A stretch of 64,000 nucleotides of DNA from Mobula hypostoma (taxonomy: Eukaryota), in the NCBI RefSeq assembly GCF_963921235.1, contig NC_086118.1, positions 24,058,001-24,122,000 on the forward strand, written 5' to 3'. Under the pieces are notes generated by a model. It worked only from the letters and a program-made list of their open reading frames with translations. It did no database searches and was not told the origin of the DNA. The position numbers and the translations under genes were made by a program. This document shows, piece after piece, positions 1-10,646 of the stretch (the stretch's first letter is position 1; every line of letters begins with the position of its first letter).

Positions 1-247
1 TAGATCCAGAGAGAAAAAATATTACAGGCCACTCAGCCTTTTGTGTTTGTCCTAGCCTTCAGTAAGATCTTGGCTTATCTTTCAGTTTATACACTATTTC
101 ATTCCCCTGCTGCAACACGATATTCTTCGGTACCCTCAGAGTCCAAAAGTCTCCTGACTTGAATGTATTCTGTGACTGTATCTCAGCATCCCACTTGACA
201 GGTATTCAATACTCCTGATGTAGTCTTATCAATTCCCTATCTAACAT

Positions 248-345
248 CAGTCCTGACTAAGGGGCTAGGCTCAAAACATCGACTGTTTACTCTCTTCCAC
301 AGGTACTGCCTTGCTTGCTGAGTTCCTCCAGCATTTTGTGTGTGA
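248..345 (+). mobile_element. Penelope-like element pseudo-LTR fragment with degenerate hammerhead motif
   Basis: cagtcctgactaagggg...aaaacatcgactg...gctgagttcctccagcattttgtgtgtg matches the short repeat seen at the ends of the Penelope fragments at 41075-41220 and 58710-58805. Confidence 0.75.
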
Positions 346-559
346 TGTTAATATCAGTAAATTATCTTTACTTCCCAAATTTTTTGCAATGACAAATGCA
401 ACTTTGCCTTTTTTAATAGCATGGTGTACCTCCATGTTATCCTTCCATGATTCATGTTCAAAGGCACCCTTGTCTGTCTAAGCACCTACAGCTATACTAT
501 TTCACCATTTAAAATCTGATTTTCTATTTTTTAACTCACATTTTCTCACTTTCTGTTGT

Positions 560-1025
560 GTAGTGAAGATTCACCAGACTAGCTGTAGATTTGGCTAGAA
601 TGCCATATGAGAAAAGATTAAGAAGACAGGGCCTGGATAGTCCAGTGTAAAGGCATGAGAGGAGATCTCATCAAACTTTCACAATTATTACAGTGCTCTT
701 CGGACCAGATGCAGGATGGTTATCCTACTGAGGTGTTTAGGAATGAGTGGGGTAGTGGTGGGGGGCGGGGGCGGTAGGGAATTATAAATGAGATGGTGGG
801 AGCAAATTGAGAGAAGGTTCGACTGAGTTGAATAGAAAGAGAGAAATTTCTTATTTCTTCACAGGGATGCTGGTTAAGCTTAACATTTTTCAGCCTCAGA
901 CAGCTGTGGAACTGAGTTCATTCAAAATAGAGGACAGTGCATCGAGGGAATCTAAAGGTAGATCAGTTATGATCTTGCTGGATGACAGAGCGGTTCAAAG
1001 ACCATATGAGTCACTCTTTTCTCAA
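560..1025 (+). mobile_element. Old CR1 LINE 3' fragment
   Basis: agattcaccagact...tatgagaaaagatta...agaggagatctcatcaaac...ttcttcacagggatg resembles the CR1 ORF2 C-terminus and 3' UTR of better-preserved copies in the window; heavily decayed. Confidence 0.6.
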
Positions 1026-1458
1026 TTTCTTTTGCTTTCTTGCCATATCATTCAATTAGTCTGTCTATACCCCCTGAAGCTTCTCTGCACCTTACTCTCA
1101 ACTCGCTTTGTTATCCAGCTTTGCGTTATCTGTAACTTGTATTACATTTGGTCCCCTCATTCAAATCTTTGATATGGACTGCGAATAGCTGGTGCCACAG
1201 CACCAATCTCCATAGCAACTAGCCAGTCACAATCTTGTAACCTCAGAAAATGACCATATATTCTGGCCCAGTAAAATTCAGACTGGAACATTACCCCTAT
1301 CCCAAGTGATAGACCATTGTTTATGAATTATTTGGTGCTGTTATTTCAAAGATCTGTCCTGGGACCAGCTTACAAAGCAGGCACAGCAATGCCTCTACTT
1401 TCTTAGAAGTTTCTGAATATTTGGCAAGTTTTCTAAAACTTTAACAAACTTCTACAGA

Positions 1459-2413
1459 GTGATCAGCAACACTGGGGCTCCACAGGGAACTGTCTTGTCT
1501 CCCTTTCTCTTCACCATTTACACCTCGGACTTCAACTACTGCACAGAGTCTTATCATCTTCAGAAGTTTTCTGATGACTCTGCCATAGTTAGATGCATCA
1601 GCAAGGGAGATGAGGCTGAGTACAGGGCTACGGTAGGAAACTTTGTCACATGGTGTGAGCAGAATTATCTGCAGCTTAATGTGAAAAAGACTAAGGAGCT
1701 GGTGGTAGACCTGAGGAGAGCTAAGGTACCAGTGACCCCTGTTTCCATCCAGGGGGTCAGTGGACATGGTGGAGGATTACAAATACCTGGGGATATGAAT
1801 TGACAATAAACTGGACTGGTCAAAGGACACTGAGGCTGTCTACAAGAAGGGTCAGAACCGTCTCTATTTCCTGAGGAGACCGAGGTCCTTTAACATCTGC
1901 CGGATGATGCTGAGGATGTTCTATGAGTCTGTGGTGGCCAGTGCGATCATGTTTGCTGTTGTGTGCTGGGGCAGCAGGCTGAGGGTAGCAGACACCAACA
2001 GAATCAACAAACTCATCCGTAAGGCCAGTGATGTTGTGGGGATGGAACTGGACTCTCTGACGGTGGTGTCTGAAAAGAGGATGCTGTCCAAGTTGCATGC
2101 CATCTTGGACAATGTCTCCCATCCACTACATAATGTACTGGTTGGGCACAGAAGTACATTCACCCAGAGACTCAGAGATACAACACTGAATGTCATAGGA
2201 GGTCATTCCTGCCTGTGGCCATCCAACTTTACAACTCCTCCCTTGGAGGGTCAGACACCCTGAGCCAATGGACTGGTCCTGGACATATTTCCTGGCTAAT
2301 TTACATAATACTATTTAATTATTTATGGTTTTATTACTATTTAATTATTTATGGTGCAACTGTAATGGAAACCAATTACCCCCGGGATCAATAGACTATG
2401 ACTGTGACTATGA
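1459..2413 (+). mobile_element. Rex1/Babar-clade LINE, 5'-truncated (RT C-terminal half)
   Basis: RT motifs GAPQGTVLSPFLFTIYTSDF and LQKFSDDSAIV; downstream frame MFYESVVASAIMFAVVCWG; (GACTAT)n tail; flanked by ctacaga (1452-1458) and ctataga (2414-2420). Confidence 0.9.
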
Positions 2414-2468
2414 CTATAGATGCACAGTGGACAGTATACTAGCTGGTTGCCTTCTGGCCTGGTGTGAA

Positions 2469-3265
2469 AACATAGTGGACTTCAGGAAGGTGCAGACGAA
2501 CCACCTCCCTCTGTGAATACATGGCTCCTCTGTAGAGAGGGTTAAGTGTACCAACTCCCTGGGAGTTCACATCATGGATGGCCTCACCTCACCCCTTAAC
2601 ATCTCTTACATAAACAAGAAGGCACAGCAGCACCTCCACTTCCTGAGAAGACTGAGGCAAGCAAGGCTCTCTACCCCCATCTTAATTACATTTTACAGGA
2701 GCACCATTGAGAGCATGCTGACAAGTGGCAGCACCATCTGGTATGGGAGCAGCTGAGCATTAGATCGGAAGTTCGCACAAAGGACTGTGAGATCGGCTGA
2801 GTGGATCATAGGGATCTCCCTACCATCCACCGGGGAAATTTATCAGGATTGCTGTGTACGCAGAACCCTTAGTATCTTAAAGGATCTCACCCATCCCTGG
2901 GCATCCTCTTTGACTTTCTACCATCAGGCGGGAGACTACGATGCATAAAAACAAGAATGGTTGGGACGGGAAGCAATTTCTTCCCCCAGGCCGTTAGGCT
3001 TCTGAACTCCCAGCTGCATTGCATTCAAAGTGTCACTGGTTAATCTGTTCCATACCTTACAATATTTAATTTATGTATTTTAGTTTGTTGCTTATGCATA
3101 GTTTATCTGTAGATGTTATCCTTACCTTCATACAGTAAGTTATTGTGTGCAATGAGTGTTATGTTTACTAATATGATTTACACCACGGTTCAGAGAAACG
3201 TTGTCCAGTTCCAATATACATTATATAGTTTAGTATTATAAATGACAATAAACCTGAAACTTGAA
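2469..3265 (+). mobile_element. Rex1/Babar-type LINE 3' end, second subfamily
   Basis: KKAQQHLHFLRRLRQARLSTPILITFYRSTIESMLTS..IWYGS; 3' end aatgacaataaacctgaaacttgaaa. Confidence 0.8.
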
Positions 3266-3509
3266 ACCAATGCCTTTGAATAGAGAAGGCTACAAAACTT
3301 AGTGGATGGAGCCCAGTCCATCACAGGTAAAAACCTCCCATCACTGAGCTCATCTACAAGGAGTGCTGTCATAGGAAAGCAACGTCCATCAGCAAGGACC
3401 TCCACCATCCAGGCAAGGTTCTTTCCTCACTCATACCATCAGGAAGGAGGTACTGGTGCTTCAAGTACCACAAACCACGTTCAGGAACAGTTATTAACCC
3501 TCAATTAGG

Positions 3510-5636
3510 CCATTAGGCCATCTGGCCCATCAAGTCTACTCCACCATTCAATCGTGGCTGATCCTTTTTTTTTAAATCTCCTCCTCAACCCCAGTTCTCA
3601 ACATTTTCCCCATAACTTTTGATGCCATGTCCAATCATGAACCTATCAAGCTCTGCCTTAAATAAACCCAATGACCTGGCTTCCACAGCTGCATGTAGCA
3701 ACAAATTCTACAAATTCCCCAGCCTTTAGCTAAAGAAATTTCTCCACATCTCTGTTTTGAAAGGGCATCCCTCTATCCTGAGGCTGTGCCCTCTTGTCCA
3801 AGACTCTCCCACCATGGAAAACCATGCTTTTCACATCTACAAGGTCTAAGCCTTTCAGCATTCAAAAGCTTTCAATGAGATCCCCCCTCATCCTTCTGAT
3901 TTCCAGCAAATACAGACCCAAAGCCATCAAATGTGCTCGTATGATAACCCTTTTCATTCCTGGAATCATCCTTGTGAACCTCCTCTGAGCTCTCTCCAAT
4001 GGCAGCACATCTTTTCTTAGATGAGGAGCCCAAAACTGTTCACGATACTCAAGGTGAGGTCTCACCAGTGCCTTATAAAGCCTCAGCATCACATCCTTGC
4101 TCTTGTATTCTAGATATCCTGAAATGAATGTTAATATGGCATTTGCCTTCCTCACCACTAACTCAACCTGCAAGATAACCTTCAGGGTGTTCTGCACAAG
4201 GACTCCCAAGTCCCTCTGCATCTCAGATTCCAGAATTTTCTCCCCATTTAGAAAATAGTCTGCACATTTATTTCTACTACCAAAGTGCATGACCATGCAT
4301 TTTCCAACATTGTATTTCATTTGCCACTTACTTTTCCATAATCTGTCTAAGCCCTTCTGCATCCTACCTATTTCCTCAACACTACCTGCCCCTCCATCAA
4401 TCTTCATATCATCTGCAAAGCTGGCAACAAAGCCATCTAGTCCATCATCTAAATCATTTGTATACAACATAAAAAAAAGTGGGCAGCCAACCAGAAAAGG
4501 ATCCTTTTATTCCCACTCGCTGCCAACTACCAATCAGCCAAAGCTCCAGCCATGTTAGTAACTTTCTTGTAATACCATGGGCTCTTAACTTGGTAAGCAG
4601 CCTCATGTGTGGCACCTTATCAAAGGCCTTCTGAAAGTCCAAATATGTTCAGGAATAAGTGGGGTGGTGGGAGGTGGGAATTATAAAAGAGATGGTGGGA
4701 ACAAATTGAGAGAAGGTTCGACTGAGTTGAATAGAAACTCATCCACAGCATCCCCTTTATCTATCCCCTGTAATCTCCTCAAAGAATTCCAACAGGTTCG
4801 TCAGGCTGGATTTTTTCTGAAGGAAACCATGCTGACTTTGTACCATCTTGTCCTGTGTCACCAAGTACTCCATCACCTCATCCTTAACAATCGACTCTAA
4901 CATCTTCCCAACCACTGAGGTCAGGCTAACTGGTCTATATTTTCCTTTCTGCTGCCTTTCCTCCTTTCTTAAAGAGTGGAGTAATATTTGCAATTTTCCA
5001 GTCCTCTGGCACCATGCCAGAGTCCAATGATTTTTGAAAGATCACTTCTAATGCCATCACAATCTCTAATGCTACCTCTTTCAGAACCCTAGGGTGCAGT
5101 TCATCTGGTCCGGGTGACTTATGTACCTTTAGGTCTTTCAGCTTTTTAAGCACCTACTCTCTTGTTGTAACAGTAACTGCACCCACTTCTCTTCTTACAT
5201 ACACTACAACATCAGACATACTGTGAGTGTCTTCCACAGTGAACAATGGCACAGAATACTCATTTAGTTCATCAGCTATCTCCTTGTCCCCGTTATTATT
5301 TATCTTGCCTCATTTTCTAGCGGTCCTATATCCATTCTCATTTCTCTTTTATTTTTAACATATATTTGCTAGCTTGCTTTCATATTTCTTCTTTTCCCTT
5401 CTAGTTATTTTTTTAGTTGCTCTCTGTAGGTTTTTAAAAACTTCCCAATCCTCTATCTTCCCACTAATTTTTGCTTTGTTGTATGCCCTTTCTTTTGCTT
5501 TTACAATAGTTTTGACTTCCCTTGTCAGCCACTATTTTACCATCTGAGTATTTCTTCATTTTTGGAATACTTATGTCCTGCACCTTCCTCAATTTTCCCA
5601 GAAACGCACGTCATTGCTGCTCTGCTGACATCCCTG
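3510..5636 (-). mobile_element. CR1 LINE (RT domain to 3' UTR), 5'-truncated and frameshifted
   Basis: KSPGPDELHPRVLKE, YRPVSLTSVVGKMLE, DFQKAFDKVPH, FADDMK, LYKALVRPHLEY..QFWAPHLRKD. Confidence 0.95.
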
Positions 5637-5639
5637 CCG

Positions 5640-5915
5640 GCAGATTCTGCAGCCTGTGGGCTCACTTGCAAGGACTCTGCAACTCATGTGCTCAATATTA
5701 TTTATTATTTATTTATTTATTATTATTACTTTGCTTTTTCTGTTGGTAGTTGCATGATTTGTTGTCTTTTGCACATTGATTGTCTGTCTTTGTGAATAGT
5801 TTTTCATTGATTCTATTACTTTTTTTTTGTATCTATTGTGAATGCCCACTGCGAAATCAATCTCGGGATAGTATATGTACTTTGATGATAAATTGATTTG
5901 AACTTTCAACTTTGA
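5640..5915 (+). mobile_element. Rex1/Babar-type LINE 3' UTR/tail
   Basis: aatctcgggatagtatatgtactttgatgataaattgatttgaactttcaactttga is the same tail as at 23530-23597 and 54100-54157. Confidence 0.7.
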
Positions 5916-6539
5916 AACTCATGTGTGGCACATTACTGAAGGCTTTCTGAAGATCCTAATCACTTGTTTCCCTGCACTGTCCATTGGTTTTCATCTTTGT
6001 ACTTTGAAAGATTAATGAAGAAACAGTAAATATGTTTTTAAAGCTTCATTTAAATGTTTTTACCTGGGCAAACCTATTATGTTTCCATTTGAGAAAAATA
6101 TCCGCTAATACAATTTAAAAACGCATAGGATTTGATCTCTAATCTGTGCTGCATTACCTTGTTACAAACAGGCTAAAAGTGGGAGTAATAGTCATGCTTA
6201 TCACTAGAGCTGAATTACTGTATAATTTCCATTTTTGATCAAAACATTCTGACATCCTTAAAGGAAAGTCCAACTATGCCATTATGTACTGAAGACCGCC
6301 CAGGAGTTAAATACGATAGCACATACTGTATAATTAAAGAGTTGAAATAGTAATTTTTAAATTGATCATCAGCTGTGAAGAGCCAACACATTTCAAAAAA
6401 ACTTCCTTTTTTGCAAGTGGTTGTGTCTTGAAGGCAGGCAGTGGTGAACTTTGCTTGGCTGAAAAATCAAAACATATAAAGTTCTGCACAAAATATACTG
6501 CATACTGACAAAAGGAAGTGATTTCTTTTGGAAGGGAAA

Positions 6540-7030
6540 GTGATGCATTTCAATGCCTGTCTAAAAGCAGCAGAGGAATTCAAGTACCTGGGGACCACCC
6601 AGACAAAGAAATTGAGATCAGATGCACAAAGGAAAACTAAATAAAGGGCTAAGTGTTAGCAATTCTGCAACATCAATCAATAGCCATCAGCTCTTAGAAG
6701 AAGCTGATATGAGTAACCATTCTTTATTATCAGTGTCAGACTTGGACATAAGGGAACAAGAGAGGTGTCACTTAAGAAACATTGAGGGCATGTAGGAGTG
6801 CACTGGGAGACTACATAAAACTTGACAATGAGATAATATCAGAGCAATAATACAGTTAAGAGGTTTTATCCTACAACAAGGAGTCAAACAAAATTCCAAA
6901 TGTATATGCTCAACATCAATCGGTTGAAGAGAAAGGAGGAGAGGCTATTTTTCATTGTTCACCTTGGAAAGGTCATCAAAGGAATGCTGCTTGCATTTAT
7001 AAAAACTAACTGGAGAGTGAGGATCATGTC
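6540..7030 (+). mobile_element. Very old RTE-type LINE remnant
   Basis: gaattcaagtacctggggacc encodes EFKYLGT (RT thumb motif, compare KFKYLGS in the RTE ORF at 35316); otherwise decayed. Confidence 0.4.
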
Positions 7031-9582
7031 TCTCTAGTGAGGTCAAGGGATAAAGGAAAATACTAAGAGGTGTAATGATTTTGTTTTCCAATTTACAGTT
7101 CATCATAACATCATTTATTATTTTGTAGTATTACATACTCATTTAAACCATTAGTTAAACAAATCTTCAAATACTATTATTACCATCCAAATAGTGATTT
7201 GAAGAGGCATGGCTGTCAGTCTTGGAGCAGGGTGTATTTAAGCATCCTCCTCAAGAAAACATCATTAGCAGTGCTCTGAACAATCTTAAAATGATGTAAA
7301 ATGGAAGAAAGTCTGGTACTGTAGCAGCAAGACTTGTGCACATCACTGCTGTACAGCCTGCTTGTGTCCACCTTAGCTGTTGGGATACCACTGCGCCTCT
7401 GAGGATACCCTACATTTAATCCACATGCTTGCAATAACATAGAATGGCTGTTTTTTGAACTGTCACAGTCTGAAAAGCACATATGTTTTTTGATTCGGCT
7501 AATTGTTCAAAACCAATAACCGTCACCCCAGTGAACATTACACAGCCAGTTTTATTTATTTTTTGAAAGTCACTAAAAGTGTCATTCGTGGGCTGATTTA
7601 GTGCAATAATCAAGGGTTGTAATAGTCCCCCTGTGATTAATACTAGCCATTTATTTATGAGCTACAATCTTCATATGGCAGCTTGAGATAAATTAACACC
7701 CACAATGTATGTTAAAACAAACATTATGAGACTGCACTATTGTAATTTATGGTACCAATATATATTAATTCACTGCCTAATAAGATACTAATGATCGATG
7801 TATTATGTGGACTAAATTTGTTAGTATTGCTCATAGTTGCTTCCTGGTCCCTCAGATATATCTTTCTGGAAAATTTCCATTCTTTGTTATCTATTTATCA
7901 ATTGTTTTGTACCCTCACGTGCTGATAAATCATACTTAGCTTTTTTTTTACAGACACTGAAGGGAAAAGCAATAGTTGTAATCTCTTTATGAAACGACAA
8001 ACAGAGTAGGTCTCAGTGAAGATAAATCATAACAAAAGGCTTATAAAATAACAGGAAAAAGTCAATTTGTTGCTCCATCAAAAATGAGGTCATAATTTGA
8101 AGAATATGTCTGAGTAGGAGCAATTCCAAGAGGTTCACGTGGTAAAGTGGAGGAAGGGTGATTATAAAGGACAAAAATCTATTCAGTTGAAGGTGTCAAC
8201 AAGATGATTGAAAAAGACCTTGAAGATTTTTGCATGGTGTTATTATGTGTGTAACATATTTACAGTCAATGTTCTGCATCATTTAAATCAGGTATGAGAT
8301 ACAAAGGGCAATTGTGCATGTGTTTGGTTGCAAATATGCAGGAAGTTCCAGCCATAGATTATGTGGTCTACTGAAAATTTTCAGACTTTTCTAATAGCTT
8401 TTGCTAAGGAAAGAGCAAAAAGCGGTAAACTTTTTTACAACATATAAATAGGCCATTCAGCCCAAAAGTCCATAGAGGTTCAGATCTTCCGCCTAGGCCT
8501 CCAGCCATCTGAATTTACTTAATTCCTTCAATAATGTTTCCATTCCTTTCTCCCAGATGTACATACAAGTTTTCCCTTAAATGCAACTGTGTTATTTGAC
8601 CAAACAACTGTGTGCAGTTGTGAGTTCTCATTTTAAACACATTCAGGACAAAATAAGCATGGTTCTCATGGTTGGATTTCTTAGTTATCATCACATATAT
8701 AGAGCTCCTAGTTCCAGTTTTACTCAGAAGTGAAAAGAACTTCTCTATATCAAACCTAGTAAATTATTTCATAATGTGAAGTATACTATTTGCAAGTGAG
8801 AAAAACCCCAGCCTCTTTAATTTCCTTTAAAAGGTACAACCTTTCAATTCTGGGACCATGCTTTAGTGCGTATTTATTGACATTTCTCCATTGAACTGTT
8901 AAGCTGAAAAAGAGTTCAAGTCTTCTTTCAGACATTTAATGCAATCTCTTCTTTCCATCTCGCACTCTACAAAGAAACTGGAGTATTTTGTTTCCTTTTT
9001 CCAATAAGCTGTGTGATTTCTTTTCCTTCGTGTCCGGATCTCCTCATCCTATGCCTCATTTGGCAAAAAATAATTTCAAGAAGATTTTGGCCTTGTTATA
9101 TATCCTACCAGAATGAATGGCTATATTATTAGCTTGAAATTTGTTTACCAGTAACACATTTTTTCGACATTTATTATCTCCTTCCGGTATATCATCACAG
9201 TTGTTATCATCAATATTAGCTATTGTATTTTGGAAATACTGAACAATAGTCATAAAGTGCAGCACCACATCTCATTACTTGGAAATCTTGGTTCGTGTAT
9301 TTAATTCCTACTCTCCATTCCCTGCGTTGCAAAAGTAATCCACCCAGCTGGCTATCCCATAACTTTGCAAATCTCAGATCTGCATTTTGAAAATAATTAC
9401 ACATTTATTTCAATCTGGATGTCAAAAATGGAACAAAATAAGTCCCTTTTGCAAAGAATTAGGTCATCTCTTTTTATTTCTCTTCCTTTGACTCGTTGAA
9501 ATTTCTTAAAACAAACCTCTTTCAATATGTTAGTCTTCATGAAAATAAACTATATAAAAATATGTCTTTGTAGGGGTGTATT

Positions 9583-10646
9583 ACAATGGACACCAGAGGG
9601 AAGGAAAGGCGTCGTCTAGTTCAGGAGGAGGTGAGAGCAGTAGTGGAGGAGATGAGAGCCTGCAAGACGGTGGGAATTAAGCAACAGGGAGCTTGGACAA
9701 GATGGGAGAATGCGGTTGAGAGGAAAGTGATCTGGGCTGATCTTTGGAAAGCTGAACCATACTGCATCCAATTTCTCATCCAGGCAGTGTACGATGTGCT
9801 TCCAAGCCCATCAAACCTGCTCACATGGGGCAAGGCAGAGTCATCTGTGTGCCCATTGTGCTCCAAACGAGGAACCCTGGAGCACATCCTCAGCGGCTGT
9901 GCAAAGGCACTTGGTGAGGGACGGTACAGGTGGAGGCATGATCAGGCCCTGAAGACCATCGCTGAAGCCGTCAGCGCAGGAGTTGAGTGGGCGAAGCGGT
10001 CCCGACCCTCCAAGCAGACCATTGCCTTTGTCAGAGCTGGGGAGCAGCCAATACCCGCCAAAAGGACATCTGCAGGCATTCTGACCTCTGCAAGGGACTG
10101 GCAGCTGTTGGTGAACCTCGAAGGGCAGCTGAAGTTCCCCAACCATATCGCAGCCACCATCCTGCGACCAGACATTGTCCTAGTGTCTGAGTCTACTAAG
10201 TAAGTGGTGCTGCTGGAGCTGACAGTCCCATGGGAAGATAGCTTGGAGGAGGCCTTTGAACGGAAGCTCTCCAAGTACGCAGGACTGGTCAGCAACTGTC
10301 AGCAGGCTGGATGGAGAGCGAGGTGTCTCCCAGTGGAGGCTGGTTGTAGGAGATTCGTAGCCCGTTCTTTAGTTAGAGCCTTCAGCATTTTGGGCATCGA
10401 GGGAGAGAGGAAGAGGAGAGCCATCGGCAGTACCACCGATGCGGCAGAGAGGGCCTCAAGATGGCTGCGGCTCAAAAGAGGGGAGCCATGGAGTCATAAG
10501 TAGCTAGCCATCTGGACACAAGCTGGGGTCTGATCAGCCCCGGCTGGGTCACCTGGAGGAGGTTGTATGAAGTTGAAAGACCCGAAACACCCGATGATTC
10601 CAGGAACATCACTGAAGATGTGTCCAGAAGCATCAATAGATGTACA
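9583..10646 (+). mobile_element. HERO-type non-LTR retrotransposon (restriction-like endonuclease), 5'-truncated
   Basis: ORFs 9586-10203 and 10204-10503 are one frame broken only by TAA at 10201. Zinc knuckle CPLC..GTLEHILSGC, RYRWRHD motif, PD-(D/E)xK-type nuclease RPDIVL...LLELTVPWE...ERKLSKY, then a ~145-nt 3' UTR. Confidence 0.85.

Larger units (their letters stand above)
1310..3506 (+). mobile_element. Rex1/Babar-type LINE 3' fragment hosting two nested LINE insertions
   Basis: Pieces 1310-1458, 2421-2468 and 3266-3506 join into one sequence (...acaaacttctacaga|tgcacagtgg...ggcctggtgtgaaa|ccaatgcc...) homologous to the copy at 22725-23600. Confidence 0.7.

Noticed and set aside
7216..7482. 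Possible host exon
   Set aside because: No recognisable protein in the frames I translated and no convincing splice-site pair.
10584..10618. GAAAC and CTGAAGA in the HERO 3' UTR as a hammerhead ribozyme
   Set aside because: The motifs are not positioned on a common stem II as the hammerhead fold requires.
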